Positions 14,495-26,564 are shown, counted from the first letter of the stretch. The stretch is DNA of 64,000 nucleotides from Thermococcus sp. JdFR-02 (GCA_002009975.1 MTLP01000007.1:32001-96000), one strand, 5' to 3'. The notes: generated by a model from the sequence alone, not told the origin. Translations and numbers: made by a program.

Positions 14495-15802
14495 ATGGCT
14501 AAGCTAACTGAAGAACAAAGGAAGAGGCTTAAAAAGGATGCCTTAGTTTATCATAAAAATAATTTTCCTGGAAATGGAAAAATAGAAGTCATTCCAAAGG
14601 TTAAACTTGAGGGTTTTTACGATTTAAGTTTAGCCTACACTCCCGGTGTGGCAGAACCATGTAAAGCCATAAGAGATGGAGAAAGCTACGAAGAGTATAC
14701 GATAATCCCAAACACCGTTGCAGTTGTGACAGATGGGACTGCAATATTGGGCTTGGGTGATATAGGCGTTTTGGCGGGAATGCCAGTAATGGAAGGAAAG
14801 TGCGTTCTATTTAAGGCTTTAGCTGGAGTAGATGCTTTTCCAATTTTAATTGACTCGAAGGATGTTGATGAAATTGTAAACACTGTAAAGCTCATAGCTA
14901 AAGGTTTTGGAGGAATAAATCTTGAAGACATTAGTGCCCCAAGGTGTTTCACTATAGAAGAGCGCTTAAAAAAAGAACTCGACATTCCAGTGTTTCATGA
15001 TGACCAGCATGGAACCGCCGTAGTAACCTTAGCTGGGTTAATCAACGCTTTAAAGCTTGTTGGAAAGAAGTTTAGTGAAATAAAAGTTGCAATGAGTGGT
15101 GCAGGCGCAGCTGGAATTGCAATAGCAAAGACTTTGCATCATGTTGGGGTTAGAGACATAATCATGGTTGACAGGAAAGGAATAATTTATCAGGGGAGAA
15201 AAGAGGGAATGAATCCATACAAGGAAGAGGTTGCTAAGTTCAACAGAGAAAACATTAGCGGTGATTTAGCCAAGGCAATGGAAGGTGCTGATGTTTTTAT
15301 TGGGGTAAGCGTTGCGGGGTTAGTTACTAAAGATATGGTTAGAAAAATGTCCGATGATGCAATAGTTTTTGCAATGGCAAACCCAGTGCCAGAGATAATG
15401 CCAAATGAAGCTAAAGAGGCTGGGGCAAAGATAGTTGCAACTGGGAGGAGCGATTACCCAAACCAAATTAACAACGTTTTAGGATTCCCGGGAATATTTA
15501 GGGGTGCTTTGGATGTTAGGGCAAGTGACATAACGCTAAATATGAACATTGCCGCTGCTGAAGCTATTGCAAGTGTTGTTAATGAAGATGAGCTTAGTGA
15601 AGAATATATAATTCCAACACCTTTACATCCGGATGTATTTCCAAAGGAAGCAAGAGCCGTTGCTGAGCAGGCTATTAAGGATGGTGTTGCAAGGAAGAAA
15701 GTGAGTGGTGAATGGGTTGAAGAACACACAAGAAAACTCAGGGAATTTTATAACACGTTAATTGCACCAATAAATAGAGAGAGGAGAAAATGGGGCTTTT
15801 AG
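14495..15802 (+). CDS. NAD(P)-dependent malic enzyme
   Basis: LAYTPGVAEPC, FHDDQHGT, GAGAAG, TGRSDYPNQINN. Confidence 0.95.
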   Translation: MAKLTEEQRKRLKKDALVYHKNNFPGNGKIEVIPKVKLEGFYDLSLAYTPGVAEPCKAIRDGESYEEYTIIPNTVAVVTDGTAILGLGDIGVLAGMPVMEGKCVLFKALAGVDAFPILIDSKDVDEIVNTVKLIAKGFGGINLEDISAPRCFTIEERLKKELDIPVFHDDQHGTAVVTLAGLINALKLVGKKFSEIKVAMSGAGAAGIAIAKTLHHVGVRDIIMVDRKGIIYQGRKEGMNPYKEEVAKFNRENISGDLAKAMEGADVFIGVSVAGLVTKDMVRKMSDDAIVFAMANPVPEIMPNEAKEAGAKIVATGRSDYPNQINNVLGFPGIFRGALDVRASDITLNMNIAAAEAIASVVNEDELSEEYIIPTPLHPDVFPKEARAVAEQAIKDGVARKKVSGEWVEEHTRKLREFYNTLIAPINRERRKWGF

Positions 15803-15879
15803 CTCTTACTTTATTTTTCTTGCATGTGGGAAAAGAGTCAATTACTTTAAAAACATTTGTTGACATTATGAATTCTTAG

Positions 15880-16305
15880 GTGAGTGTGATGGACACCATA
15901 GGATATCATTATATTGTCGAAGCATCAGGATGTGACGAGGATATACTAAGAGATCCAAACAAGATAAGGGAGATTTTCATAAAAGCAGCAGAAGTCGGAA
16001 ACATGGAAGTTAGATCATCATACTTTTACAAGTTTTCCCCAACGGGAGTTAGCGGAGTAGTTATAGTTGCAGAGTCTCATATTTCGATCCACACATGGCC
16101 TGAGGAAAAATATGCGGCTATAGATGTTTATGTTTGTGGAAATAAAGCAGATCCGGAAAAAGCGGTTGATTATATTCTAGAGGCTTTTAATGCAGCCTAT
16201 GCCCACGTATCGGAAGTAAAGAGAGGTATTAAGGAAGACGATGAGACGTTTACTCACATGATCCTTACGTGGGAAGAAAAGCTCGATAGAAAAAACAAAA
16301 ACTAA
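15880..16305 (+). CDS. speD: S-adenosylmethionine decarboxylase proenzyme
   Basis: AESHISIHTWPE pyruvoyl autocleavage motif. Confidence 0.9.
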   Translation: MSVMDTIGYHYIVEASGCDEDILRDPNKIREIFIKAAEVGNMEVRSSYFYKFSPTGVSGVVIVAESHISIHTWPEEKYAAIDVYVCGNKADPEKAVDYILEAFNAAYAHVSEVKRGIKEDDETFTHMILTWEEKLDRKNKN

Positions 16306-16309
16306 AAAA

Positions 16310-17083
16310 TCACTCTAAAAGTTTTTCAATTTCCTCTTTTAGCTTTTCAATCTTTTCTTTAAGCTCTTCGAACTTTATCTTGTAAGGCTCAAGTTCTTCA
16401 ACCTTCTTTGCCAACTCTTCTTTCTCTTGCATTAACTTTTCTCTCTCACTTTCAAGTGCTTGTAGCTCCATGAGCTTAACTTTTGCTTGTGTTAGTTCTT
16501 TTTCAAGTTCTTTCTTCTCCTTTTTTACTTTTTCAAGCTCTGCTTTTATTTTATCTAGCTCTTCTTTTAGTCTCTCAATTTCTTCTTTTGCTTTTTCAGC
16601 TTCAGCCAAACTTATTGTTTCCTTCATCTTCTCAAGCTCTGCTTTAACTTGCTCATATTCGGCTTTAAGCTTCTCGTATTCACTCATTAGCTTTTCATAC
16701 TCTTCTTTTGCAATCATATCTTTTAAGCCACCTTTTTCTATTGCTTCTATTGTTTTGATTAGCTCATTAAGCTTTCCTTGCTTTATTAGCTCGTAGGTTT
16801 CTCTAACTAACTGCCCAGCTTTGCTCTCTCCTTTCAGGTGCTTTCTAATTGTTTGCTCAGTTCTTCCAAGCTCTCTTGCAATCTCACTTGTTGCCATTCC
16901 AGCTTTTTCTCTTGCAATCGCCCCAGCGGCAACTGCTAAACTGTCAACCCAAGTTAATCTTTCCGCTGGATCTTTTATGAGCTCAATGACCTCTGGTCTG
17001 AAGAGTGTTGCAAATAATAAGATACTCTCCAATTGGTGAATCTCTTGTCTTCCAATTGGATTTAGGGGAATCTCAATTTCCAT
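16310..17083 (-). CDS. HTH + coiled-coil transcriptional regulator, KaiC-associated
   Basis: SEIARELGRTEQTIRKHL HTH and long coiled tail. Confidence 0.8.
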   Translation of the reverse strand: MEIEIPLNPIGRQEIHQLESILLFATLFRPEVIELIKDPAERLTWVDSLAVAAGAIAREKAGMATSEIARELGRTEQTIRKHLKGESKAGQLVRETYELIKQGKLNELIKTIEAIEKGGLKDMIAKEEYEKLMSEYEKLKAEYEQVKAELEKMKETISLAEAEKAKEEIERLKEELDKIKAELEKVKKEKKELEKELTQAKVKLMELQALESEREKLMQEKEELAKKVEELEPYKIKFEELKEKIEKLKEEIEKLLE

Positions 17084-17095
17084 TTTCTCACCCCC

Positions 17096-17821
17096 TTACA
17101 CCTTCAACACTTTGTCAGGGTAAACAACTATTCCTTTATCGGTAATATCGAATGGATGTCTCCTCATTGAGTGAGAAGTTCCCCTCATCTTCCACACAAT
17201 TAATGAACGTTTCAATTCTCCCCCAATTTCGTCTAAATCTAGTCTAATAATCCCATCTACTCCATGTTCAACTCCAGGTCCTCCAAATCCTCTCTCACCA
17301 ACACTAATTTGGCTTACAAAGATTGATGTACATCCCGTTCCGGCAAGGACTCTCTTTAGTTGGAGTATTATACTCCTTGCCATTGCAGGTTTGTTTATGT
17401 AAAGTGTTGTGACTGAATCAACGACAACCCTTTTAGCGCCTATATCTTTAATAGCTTGCCTCAAAACATCAATAAACTCTCTAATATCTGTTAAATCATG
17501 GACTATGTATTTTTCGTATTCTTTTGACTTTCCTATTCCTGCTGTAAAAGCATCAACCATTGCAAATAATCCCTCTTCTTCGTATTTTTTAACATCCCAG
17601 CCAAATTGAGACATGTTTTGTCTAACCTGAACTGGATGTTCTTCTAATGCGACATAAATCCCTGGCTCTTCCATTTGAAGACCATTCCATAGGAACTGTT
17701 GTGAGAATATTGTCTTTCCTGTACCCGGTCCACCACTTAATAAAACAACATTTCTCTCTGGGATTCCTCCATATAGGATTTCATCCATCCCGGGAATCCC
17801 AGTTTTTACTCTCTTTATCAC
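17096..17821 (-). CDS. Single-domain KaiC/RAD55-like ATPase
   Basis: [24 protein letters not shown] motifs. Confidence 0.9.
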   Translation of the reverse strand: MIKRVKTGIPGMDEILYGGIPERNVVLLSGGPGTGKTIFSQQFLWNGLQMEEPGIYVALEEHPVQVRQNMSQFGWDVKKYEEEGLFAMVDAFTAGIGKSKEYEKYIVHDLTDIREFIDVLRQAIKDIGAKRVVVDSVTTLYINKPAMARSIILQLKRVLAGTGCTSIFVSQISVGERGFGGPGVEHGVDGIIRLDLDEIGGELKRSLIVWKMRGTSHSMRRHPFDITDKGIVVYPDKVLKV

Positions 17822-17933
17822 TTATATCACCTCCTTCTTTGAGAAAAGTGATTTTAGCTTAATCACAGAAGTAGCAGGTTTTAATTACCAAAAGGTATTA
17901 TAATTTCTGGGTATATAAATTTTATGCTGGACT

Positions 17934-18443
17934 TTATTTCCGATGCCGCCTTATGAACTCTCCAATGTCCGTTATGTTCTCTATGAAAACTTTTTTCCTC
18001 GGCTGTATCCTCCCAATTCCCAGAATTGTCCAATTTTCATCTAAAATGACGAGCTTTCTTGTTCCTTCCCATTTATATTCTTTGATGCCTTCTCTTGGGA
18101 TATCCTTTCCAGTTGTAAACAAAAAAGCTGAACGAGGTTTTAAAATAGCGTAATTTTTGCTTATATCAACAAAATAGAAGAACTCGACGTTTGGATAAAA
18201 CCTTTCAACCAAGTTCTTGTCAGTTTTAATTGTCCCGACAAATGTGCCAAAAGAGTAAGGCTTGAGCTTCAAATTTTCAATCTCTTTCCAAACTCTCTCA
18301 TTCACAGCATAAACGTCTTTAAACTTCCCTTCAACTATTCCAAAAAATTCATGTTTAAGCTCGCCATATTTTTCCGCTTCCCTTAGAATTAGGTCAAATT
18401 CATGCGAGGAAACCCTTCTATATCTCAGCATTGCTCTCACCAT
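17934..18443 (-). CDS. NIP7/PUA-like RNA-binding protein (RsmF C-terminal-like)
   Basis: [10 protein letters not shown]...[13 protein letters not shown]...[10 protein letters not shown] pattern. Confidence 0.7.
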   Translation of the reverse strand: MVRAMLRYRRVSSHEFDLILREAEKYGELKHEFFGIVEGKFKDVYAVNERVWKEIENLKLKPYSFGTFVGTIKTDKNLVERFYPNVEFFYFVDISKNYAILKPRSAFLFTTGKDIPREGIKEYKWEGTRKLVILDENWTILGIGRIQPRKKVFIENITDIGEFIRRHRK

Positions 18444-18930
18444 TAATTAAATCAACAAACCCTTCTAAATTACTTTTATCAAATTCCTCTTTAAACTTTA
18501 GTCCTAATTCTGCTATTTCCTCTCTTGTGATTGTTTTGCCTTTTCCAATTCCAGGGCAGCTTTCGTCATAGTAAAGCCAAAGCTTTTGACCTTTATATTC
18601 AAAAGACTCTTCCCCTTCAATACCTAAGGGCTTGTGAGAAACCATAAAAGGGTAGATTTGGCAGATTAATGGATTATAGTCATGAATTTTACATTTCCCA
18701 CTCTCTGGGTCATGGAAAATGCAACCTAGATCCCATTCCCTATAGGCTAAAATAAACCTAATTTGCTCATTTTCAGTAGTTAGCACTACAAAATCCTGTG
18801 GATCGTGGTGTTTAGCTATTCGCTTTATATCATAGAGAGTTAAATAAATGAACCTCCCCCTGCAGCAATCTAAACAAAACTTGCACTCAAAGGCTATATC
18901 ATCCTTAAGTGGTTTTGGTTTGAATCTCAC
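18418..18930 (-). CDS. YkgJ-family cysteine-cluster protein
   Basis: [10 protein letters not shown]...CIF...CKIH...PLICQIYPF...CPG. Confidence 0.88.
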   Translation of the reverse strand: MRFKPKPLKDDIAFECKFCLDCCRGRFIYLTLYDIKRIAKHHDPQDFVVLTTENEQIRFILAYREWDLGCIFHDPESGKCKIHDYNPLICQIYPFMVSHKPLGIEGEESFEYKGQKLWLYYDESCPGIGKGKTITREEIAELGLKFKEEFDKSNLEGFVDLINGESNAEI

Positions 18931-18981
18931 ACAATCACCTCACCAGATTAATAAGGATACCAGCTTAAAGCATGCCCCTCC

Positions 18982-19356
18982 TTAGTGATTTAACATTATC
19001 TTTATCAATTTATATAACAATATGCCAATAGCAAATCCAGCGAGATCAAAAGTAAGCACTGCAAAGGCTATAACACCTGTGCCTTCCGCAACAGCCTCTG
19101 GTGGAACTTGATGTAGCCAGCCCATAATACCTGACCAAAGGGATACAGTGATCCAGGAACCAAATACAGAAAAGATAGAAAACTCTATGAGCGGCATCTT
19201 TATTTTTAAAAGAAAGAAGAATGTCATCAGAGAAACCCACAGAATGGGAATTATGAATATCATAACTCCCTCAGCTTTAGTCCAAAATGGCAAATAAAAC
19301 CAACCAATGCTTGCAATAGGAAGAAAAATTAGAAAGTAGAGGAAGTGTTTTTTCAT
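18982..19356 (-). CDS. Small 4-TM membrane protein
   Basis: MKKHFLYF... from ATG 19356, after a GGTGA SD that overlaps the upstream stop. Confidence 0.65.
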   Translation of the reverse strand: MKKHFLYFLIFLPIASIGWFYLPFWTKAEGVMIFIIPILWVSLMTFFFLLKIKMPLIEFSIFSVFGSWITVSLWSGIMGWLHQVPPEAVAEGTGVIAFAVLTFDLAGFAIGILLYKLIKIMLNH

Positions 19357-19360
19357 GATA

Positions 19361-20223
19361 TCACCATTTTTTAATTCTTGTTGCATAACCATCATTGTAT
19401 CCATACTGATCAGCAACTCTGTTGTCTAAATAGTACCAATCTGGATACACTACCCATGGAGAATAATAGTAGCTTGCAATAAGCTCTTCAACTTCTTCCC
19501 AATCAACACCAACATGAGGAAAGCCCTCATCATGATGAGCTGATCCAACAACTTTTCCGTTATAGATTACCCAAAGTATTACATGATTCCTTTCAGGTGT
19601 TCCAGTAGGATGTGTCGCCATGTCATCTCCCTCTTCCCATCTCCCTCCTCCATATTCTGGTGGATCGTATATATATTGGTTATAAGCATAAACAAAGTCC
19701 CACCAACCATTACTATCGAGTACATCCTTTACTTCTTCTTTTGTTCCACCTTCCCATACTAAGTTTATGGGACCTGATCTTTTGTAACCTTCAAGCCATC
19801 CAGATGGAGAATATACTGGTTTCCATGTCCATCTTGGTAAATATGGGTAATAATTCCACCAAGGATATGGATCATTTGGCTTAACAATAACTGCAGTGGT
19901 CTGGTAGGATTTCATGGGCACTTCCATGCCAAGCATAAGTTTAATGCCTTCAACACCAAATGCTTTTATTAAAGTTCTTCTGTCAATCTTTAATTTTGTA
20001 ACTTCATAAAGCTCTCACTTCCAAATTTCTTTTTCAACTCTGGGCTTATATAAATAGTTTCTTGAACAAGCTGTCCATTCTCATATTTGAGTTTCTCAAT
20101 AACCATGACGTTGTAAGTATGCTTTGCAGCCCATTCTTCCCAAGGATCACTCGAGGCAGTTGTCAACTCTATATTTGCAGCAAGAAGAAACAAACCAATC
20201 AACATTGCAAATAACTTTCTCAT
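19361..20223 (-). pseudogene. Secreted protein split by one frameshift (LssY-C-like C-terminus); pseudogene or sequencing error
   Basis: Signal-peptide ORF 19990-20223. The downstream frame (ELYEVTKLKIDRRTLIKAFGVEGIKLMLG...) is open across the junction near 20014 and continues into ORF 19361-19936. Confidence 0.65.
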
Positions 20224-20412
20224 GCTCGTCCCTCCATAAGCTTCTGCATTAGTAAATAATACTTAGTTTCTTATAAGTTTTTCTATCTATTAGTGTTAAT
20301 TTATTACATTTTTCTTTGTTATCCATAATTTACTTTTTAACTGTAACTTTATGGTGTTTTTGAGTCAAAAGAAGCTGAAGTAAAGGAGTAAACAAACTTG
20401 ATCATTAGGTAT

Positions 20413-22173
20413 TCAAATGCGCATCAAACTCTTTGCTCTTTCCAAAGTCAGCATAGGTTTATCCAGACGCTTGCTCACATAAGGTCCATCTTTTCTATAG
20501 CCAAACTTTCTGTAGTATTCTCTAACGCCAATACCACTTATAACGAGCATCTTCTTCCTATCAAATTCTTCCTTTGCTATTCTCTCAGCCTCAGCTATTA
20601 ACTCCCTTCCGTAGCCTCTATGCTGCCACTCATATTTTGGCTTTTCACCAATCGGAACCAAAGGTCCATAAACATGGAGTTCTCTGATTATAGCAGAGGG
20701 GACTCTATTTATCTCCTTCCTATGGGCTTTTTCGCTTGGAATTCTAAGCCTCAAGAAGCCAATTAAAATGTCGTTTTTAACATCTTCAAAGCTCAAAAAG
20801 ATTTCATGACCTTCGCTTGCTTCGTAATCCTCTCTTAAAAGCTTGATGTGTTCAATTTCTGGTTGAATTCCAAACTTCTGCATCATGTGTCCAACTTCTC
20901 TAAATCTAATCTCTCTCGGTCTTATTCCTTGCTTTACAAGTTCATTAAAAACTAACTGTCCCAAATTTGAGTGTTTAACTCCATCGACTATTAATTGGAC
21001 TGGAATATCCCTTTGAATTCTCATAACTCTAACCCATTTTGGAACGAACTTCATTACCTCAACAATGAGCTTTACAGCTTTTTCTGTATCGTAAGGTTTG
21101 TATTCTCCACTCTTCCACCATTGGTATAGGGTAGTGTCATCAGTCACGAGGGTTGGGTAAATCTTTAACATATCAGGTCTAAAGCGCTCATCTTCAAAAA
21201 TTGTTCTAAAAGTTCTTAAATCTCTTTCAAAGTTGCTTCCAGGTAAACCTGGCATCATGTGGTAGTTTATTTTCAATCCAGCGTCTTTTAGGATTCTTGT
21301 TGCTTCAACCACATCTTCAACTGTGTGTCCTCTTTTAACCCTTTCATAAATGAAATTGTAAACAGTTTGAACTCCCAATTCAACCCTCGTTGCTCCTAAG
21401 GCGAGCATTCTATCAACATGCTTTTCCTTTGCCCAATCTGGTCTCGTCTCGAAAGTCATTCCAATATCTCTAACTTTAGCCTTCTCATTTTTCCTTTGCA
21501 CCTCTTCAAGGTAATAATATCTCTTTGAGTGTGTTTTTTTCCAAGCCTCTTTGAACTTTTTATCCTTGAAAACGCTCTCATCTTTGTGAATTAAGATTCT
21601 CTCAAGTTTATCTTCCAGATCATCGATGTCTTTGAAGTAAACAAAATCATTCATTGCTTTCAAAGCTTCTTTAACAAACCACTCTTGATAGTCTAGATCC
21701 ACCGAAGGAAAAGTTCCTCCCATTATTATAAGCTCAACTTTGTCTACATCATGCCCTATGTCATAGAGCTGTTTTAAGCGGCGCATAACTTGTAGATATG
21801 GATGGAAAGAGCTTTGTGCTGCTCTTAAAGCCGCTGGTTCCTTTCCAGTATAGCTTTGGGGAGAACCTATTGTTGGACCTCCCGGACAGTAGATACATCT
21901 TCCATGTGGGCATGGAAAAGGTTTTGCCATAATTGCAACAATAGCAACGCCGCTAATAGTTCTTGTTGGCTTTTTCTTTAGGAAATCTTTGAAAAACTCC
22001 CTATCCTCTTTTTTCATAACTCTTAAGATGTCAGCGTTGCTTGGAATTTTGCTTAAATGGTATTTTCTCGCTACAATAACCTTAAACCTATTCAACTCTC
22101 TCCTATCTCTAATCTCACCATTTAAAACTGCTCTTGCCAACTCCTCGCAGGCTTTTTTATAAATTTCATCCAT
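20413..22173 (-). CDS. elp3: Elp3 tRNA U34 carboxymethyltransferase (radical SAM + GNAT)
   Basis: CPHGRCIYCPGG, ETRPD, ELGVQ, RELHVYG, QHRGYG. Probable single-base loss near 20456; the alternative frame ends at 20405. Confidence 0.95.
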   Translation of the reverse strand: MDEIYKKACEELARAVLNGEIRDRRELNRFKVIVARKYHLSKIPSNADILRVMKKEDREFFKDFLKKKPTRTISGVAIVAIMAKPFPCPHGRCIYCPGGPTIGSPQSYTGKEPAALRAAQSSFHPYLQVMRRLKQLYDIGHDVDKVELIIMGGTFPSVDLDYQEWFVKEALKAMNDFVYFKDIDDLEDKLERILIHKDESVFKDKKFKEAWKKTHSKRYYYLEEVQRKNEKAKVRDIGMTFETRPDWAKEKHVDRMLALGATRVELGVQTVYNFIYERVKRGHTVEDVVEATRILKDAGLKINYHMMPGLPGSNFERDLRTFRTIFEDERFRPDMLKIYPTLVTDDTTLYQWWKSGEYKPYDTEKAVKLIVEVMKFVPKWVRVMRIQRDIPVQLIVDGVKHSNLGQLVFNELVKQGIRPREIRFREVGHMMQKFGIQPEIEHIKLLREDYEASEGHEIFLSFEDVKNDILIGFLRLRIPSEKAHRKEINRVPSAIIRELHVYGPLVPIGEKPKYEWQHRGYGRELIAEAERIAKEEFDRKKMLVISGIGVREYYRKFGYRKDGPYVSKRLDKPMLTLERAKSLMRI

Positions 22174-22301
22174 AAATGACACCTCAATGATAGTGACTTG
22201 TTTTTAACCAAAGCGGAGATGTTTAAAAATGTTGCTTTATTGGACAAATTTGCCGAAAAATATGTATATTCACTTTGTGAATTGTTCAGTGGGTGAACAA
22301 A

Positions 22302-23060
22302 ATGACCGAGCTTTACGAAATTGTTAGGTTTTTGGATGATTACTTAAATGTCAAAGAGTGGGAAGATAAATCAAGGAACGGACTTCAAGTTGAGGGAAAA
22401 AGTGAAGTAAATAAAGTAGCTTTCGCTGTAGACGCCTGTATGGAAAGCTTTGTTAGGGCAAAATCCCTAGGAGCTGATCTCTTAATAGTCCATCACGGTT
22501 TGATTTGGGGAGGAATTGAATATGTTCGCGGTTTAGTTCAAAAGAGGCTCAAGTTTTTGCTTGAAAATGAGCTAAGTCTTTATGCAGCCCATCTGCCCTT
22601 AGATGCACATCCAGAAGTTGGGAACAATGTTCAACTTTTGAAGCTCTTAGATTTAGAGCCGAAAGAACCATTTGGCTATTATCACGGTGTTCCAATAGGT
22701 TACGTCGGCTATTTTGAAGAGCCAAAACCTTTGCCATTAGTTGCTCAAATACTGGTGGAAAAGCTAAAGACAGATTACGTTAAAGCCTATGAGTTTGGAA
22801 AGCAAGAAATAGAAAGTGTTGGTGTTGTTAGTGGTGGAGCAAGCTTTGCAGCTGCAGAAGCTGTAGAAAAGGGATTAGATTTATTTATAACTGGAGAATT
22901 TGAGCATGAAGCATACCACGTCGCAAAAGAAGGGAATCTCAACATTATTTCGGCGGGGCATTATGCAAGCGAGACTTTAGGCGTAAAAGCGTTAATGCCG
23001 TTAATAAGGGAAAAATTTGAAGTGAAAACTGTGTTTATAGATCTTCCAACAGGGTTGTGA
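22302..23060 (+). CDS. Nif3/DUF34 dinuclear metal-centre protein
   Basis: NGLQVEG, HHGL, HLPLDAHPEVGNN, GHYASE. Confidence 0.93.
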   Translation: MTELYEIVRFLDDYLNVKEWEDKSRNGLQVEGKSEVNKVAFAVDACMESFVRAKSLGADLLIVHHGLIWGGIEYVRGLVQKRLKFLLENELSLYAAHLPLDAHPEVGNNVQLLKLLDLEPKEPFGYYHGVPIGYVGYFEEPKPLPLVAQILVEKLKTDYVKAYEFGKQEIESVGVVSGGASFAAAEAVEKGLDLFITGEFEHEAYHVAKEGNLNIISAGHYASETLGVKALMPLIREKFEVKTVFIDLPTGL

Positions 23061-23070
23061 TTTTTGACTT

Positions 23071-23447
23071 CTATTTCTTTACCAAATATCTCTCTATTAG
23101 TTCTACAGCTTTTTCTGGCTTTACAAGGCTAACTTCCATTTTAAGCTCGCTTTCAATAAAATCTCTAACCCAACTATTTTTTAGTGGATCGCTTTTAAAG
23201 GGATAAATAAGGATTAATCTTTTAAAGCCAGCACGATGAGCTTTTAAAGCATTGTATAGCACTCTTTGCTTTATCCACTTGTAAGAATTCTCAAATTCAA
23301 TTGCAAGTATCTTTTCTTCATCCTTTCCAAGAATAACCAAATCTATCCTTGCCCCATCTTCTGTATAAAACTCCTTATAGCTCTTAAGCCCCTTATGTTG
23401 CACTGAGCCTTTATCTCTCTCAAGAGGGTTTTAACTTTGATTTTCAT
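23071..23447 (-). pseudogene. PD-(D/E)XK-like small protein with a frameshift near 23400 (pseudogene or sequencing error)
   Basis: GGAGG-preceded ATG 23447 gives MKIKVKTLLREIKAQC, which joins QHKGLKSYKEF...RIDLV...AIEFE after adding one base. Confidence 0.6.
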
Positions 23448-23475
23448 GCCTCCTTAAAAAAGAGAAGTAAAAAAA

Positions 23476-26205
23476 TCAGGCAATTTTCTTTTTAAGCTCT
23501 TCTAAGGCTTCTTTTGCTTTTAAGATATTCTTTATCTTTCCTTGAGCTAAATCTTTCTTTCCTCCACCGCCGCCGCCAGCTATTGAGGTTATAATCCTTA
23601 TTAGTTCACCAGCTTTGAAAGGTAGTTCATCTCCGACAACGACTACTACCGCATTTGTGTCTTCACTTATTACTGCAATTATTCTATTTGGCTTCTTTAA
23701 CTTAAGTGCGGCTTCTCTTAAGTGGTCTAGGTCTCCTTCAACGACATCGCCAATAAATTCAATGTTTCCAATCCTCTCTACTTTGCTTTCAAGCTCATAA
23801 ACCAATAGCTTTGCTAATTCCTTCTTTAGATTTTCAACTTCCTTCCGTGCCTTTTTCCATTCTTCGAAGAACTTTTGAGCAGTTTCTGGGAGCTTTTCAG
23901 GTGGAACTCTAAATACCTCACTTGTCTTCTTTAGTATTGCCTCGCTCTCTTGCATCCATTTAATTGCTGCTTCTCCACATGCAAATATTATCCTCTCAAC
24001 ACCATCTTGTATCCTCTCAGTTCTTAAAATCTTTATTGGACCTATTAAGCCTGTATTTGACAAGTGCGTTCCACCACAAGCCTGAACATCCCAATCTTCT
24101 ATTTTAAGCACTCTAATAACTTTTCCTGGAACTACTCCACCTTGGTAAAGTCTAAAGCCATACTTTTGCTCTGCTTCAGTTCTTGGAAGCCACTCCCATT
24201 TAACGTTTCTATTCTCCATTACGATTTGATTTGCCAAATGCTCAATTTTTCTAAGCTCTTCTTCACTGATACGTTTGTAGTGAGATACATCTAGCCTTGC
24301 CCACTCCGTAGTTAGTTGTGAACCTGCTTGCCAAACATGCTTTCCGAGAACTCTGACCAGGGCTCCCATTAGGACATGAGTTCCCGTGTGATGCCTCATG
24401 TGCTGGATTCTTCTATTCCAATCAATCTTCCCGTGAACTTCTTGACCTTCTTTGAACTTCTCGGGATTTTCAACTTTGTGAATAATCACCTTTCCAACTT
24501 TTTGCACATCTAAGACTTTAACTCCCTCTATTTCACCTAAATCGCAAGGTTGTCCTCCACCTTCTGGATAAAATGCTGTTTGGTCTAAGATGAGCCAATC
24601 ATCGATTATCTTAAGCACCTTTGCATTGAACTCTTTCATAAATGGATCCTCATAATAAAGGGTCCTTGTATCTGGTAAATCTTTGAGAAGCTCAAAGTCT
24701 ATGAGTTTTTCTTCTTTTTCTGCTTCCTCTAAACTCTTCTCAGCTTCTTTGGCAACTAATGTGTAGAAGTTGTCTGGAACGTGAACTTTCACACCTTCTT
24801 TCTCGGCGACTTCTTTAACTATTTCTGGGGTTAAACCATGGCTTTCATAGAATAAAATAAGCTGTTCAAGTGGAATTTCGCTTTTTCCTTCTTTCTTAAG
24901 TTTTTCAACGTTCCTTCTAACTAAGTTTGTCCCTCTCTTTAGCGTTTCGAAATATCTCTTTTCCTCGACATTTATCATGTCTAGAACAACATCTTCCATC
25001 TCTTTGAATTCTGGGAAAGTCTTGTGAAGAGCTTTAATGTGCATTGCAACTATCTCAGCTAGAGGAACCTCTAATCCAAGTTCCCTTAGATGCCTAATGC
25101 TCTTTCTAATTAAGAGTCTTGCCAAATAGCCAGCTTTAACGTTGGAAGGGACAACCCCATCAGCCAGCATGAAAGTCAAAGCCTTTGTGTGATCTGCTAT
25201 AGCATATATTAGCTCATAAGGTCTCACTAAGCTCTCAAGTTCTTCCATACTAATATCTACTCTCTTTGCAACTTCTCTTCTTAGTATTTTCAAATCTCCC
25301 ATGTCTTCGATGTCAAACATTCCAGCTAAGCGGGAATTTTCCATTAAAATTCTTTCGTCTATATTATCTATACCCGCCATTTTCTTTAATGGCTCAACTA
25401 CATAACCTAAAACAGCATCATATGCTGTAGGTGTCCCTTGGCTCATCCAGACTAAACGTTCAAGTCCATAGCCGGTATCAACGACTTTTGTATCCATTGG
25501 TATGTATTTGTCGCCTTTAATCTCAACAATTTGTGAAGGATCAGCATTTTCTGGGGCTTTCTTATACTGCATAAAGACCAATGTTGCAACTTCTAAACCT
25601 TTATACAATACCTCAAAAGCTGGTCCAGCATTTCCTCCTCCTGCCCATGGGTTTTCCTTAAAGGTTATCTCCTCTCCTTTCATTCCTAAGTCTTTAGTAA
25701 AGAATTCATAAGCGTACTTTACAGTCTCGTCCATCCAATATATTGGTTTTCCGGGGTAATTAAAGGCATGATGAGCCATCATTTCGAAGATCGTGAAGTG
25801 CCTACCTGTTATTCCAACATTGTCAATGTCTGTAAATCTAATTGAAGGCTGAGAAATCGTTAAGGGATTTGCTGGTGGGTCAGCTTCTCCCGTGATTACC
25901 CATGGTTGAAAGTCCATAATTGAAGCTCCTACTAACAAGACGTCATCTCTCCATCTTGGTAAAACCGGATAGCGTTTTACTCTACCATGATTGTGCCTTT
26001 CAAAGAAGCTTAAGAACTTTTCACGCATCTCTTCTAATGTGTATTTTTTCGGAATCCCTGGTTTTCCGATGAATTGGTATTCATCACAAGGTGGATCTCC
26101 ACAGGTCTCTCTATCGGGATCTAATGTCCAAAAGGGTTTGCCACAAACTTTACATGTCTTTCTTACCCATCCTTCCTCTTTGAACATTCTTGTTGACATG
26201 TCCAT
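23476..26205 (-). CDS. alaS: Alanine--tRNA ligase
   Basis: [39 protein letters not shown]; start refined to ATG 26205. Confidence 0.98.
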   Translation of the reverse strand: MDMSTRMFKEEGWVRKTCKVCGKPFWTLDPDRETCGDPPCDEYQFIGKPGIPKKYTLEEMREKFLSFFERHNHGRVKRYPVLPRWRDDVLLVGASIMDFQPWVITGEADPPANPLTISQPSIRFTDIDNVGITGRHFTIFEMMAHHAFNYPGKPIYWMDETVKYAYEFFTKDLGMKGEEITFKENPWAGGGNAGPAFEVLYKGLEVATLVFMQYKKAPENADPSQIVEIKGDKYIPMDTKVVDTGYGLERLVWMSQGTPTAYDAVLGYVVEPLKKMAGIDNIDERILMENSRLAGMFDIEDMGDLKILRREVAKRVDISMEELESLVRPYELIYAIADHTKALTFMLADGVVPSNVKAGYLARLLIRKSIRHLRELGLEVPLAEIVAMHIKALHKTFPEFKEMEDVVLDMINVEEKRYFETLKRGTNLVRRNVEKLKKEGKSEIPLEQLILFYESHGLTPEIVKEVAEKEGVKVHVPDNFYTLVAKEAEKSLEEAEKEEKLIDFELLKDLPDTRTLYYEDPFMKEFNAKVLKIIDDWLILDQTAFYPEGGGQPCDLGEIEGVKVLDVQKVGKVIIHKVENPEKFKEGQEVHGKIDWNRRIQHMRHHTGTHVLMGALVRVLGKHVWQAGSQLTTEWARLDVSHYKRISEEELRKIEHLANQIVMENRNVKWEWLPRTEAEQKYGFRLYQGGVVPGKVIRVLKIEDWDVQACGGTHLSNTGLIGPIKILRTERIQDGVERIIFACGEAAIKWMQESEAILKKTSEVFRVPPEKLPETAQKFFEEWKKARKEVENLKKELAKLLVYELESKVERIGNIEFIGDVVEGDLDHLREAALKLKKPNRIIAVISEDTNAVVVVVGDELPFKAGELIRIITSIAGGGGGGKKDLAQGKIKNILKAKEALEELKKKIA

Positions 26206-26287
26206 TCTCTCACCTTCTTTATGATTAAAGTTCACAGAATAAAAAGCATTCGCTTAGTAAAAGAAAGCACATTCACATATAAATATG

Positions 26288-26554
26288 TCACTTTTCATCT
26301 TCCTCGTTTATTATGACAATTGGAAGCTTTATCTTCTTTATAGCCTCTATTAGTTGTTCATAACTTTTCTGAATCCTACTGAGCTTATATCTCAAGTTTT
26401 CATTTTCTATCGCTAAGCTATTTACTTCTTCAGTTTTTGTCCTTATCTGTGCCTTCAGTTCTATTATCTGCTCTTCAGGTTCAATAACAGAACGCTCAAG
26501 CCTGTCAATTTCTTCATACAAATCTCTACAAACTTTTCTCTTTAAACTTTCCAT
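26288..26554 (-). CDS. Small coiled-coil protein
   Basis: Heptad-rich ~88 aa ORF upstream of alaS. Confidence 0.65.
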   Translation of the reverse strand: MESLKRKVCRDLYEEIDRLERSVIEPEEQIIELKAQIRTKTEEVNSLAIENENLRYKLSRIQKSYEQLIEAIKKIKLPIVIINEEDEK

Positions 26555-26564
26555 TTTTAACACC

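Noticed and set aside
16310-17821. KaiC-like ATPase + HTH regulator as a circadian or novel signalling system
   Set aside because: This is a single-domain KaiC pair common in archaea, and kaiA/kaiB are absent.
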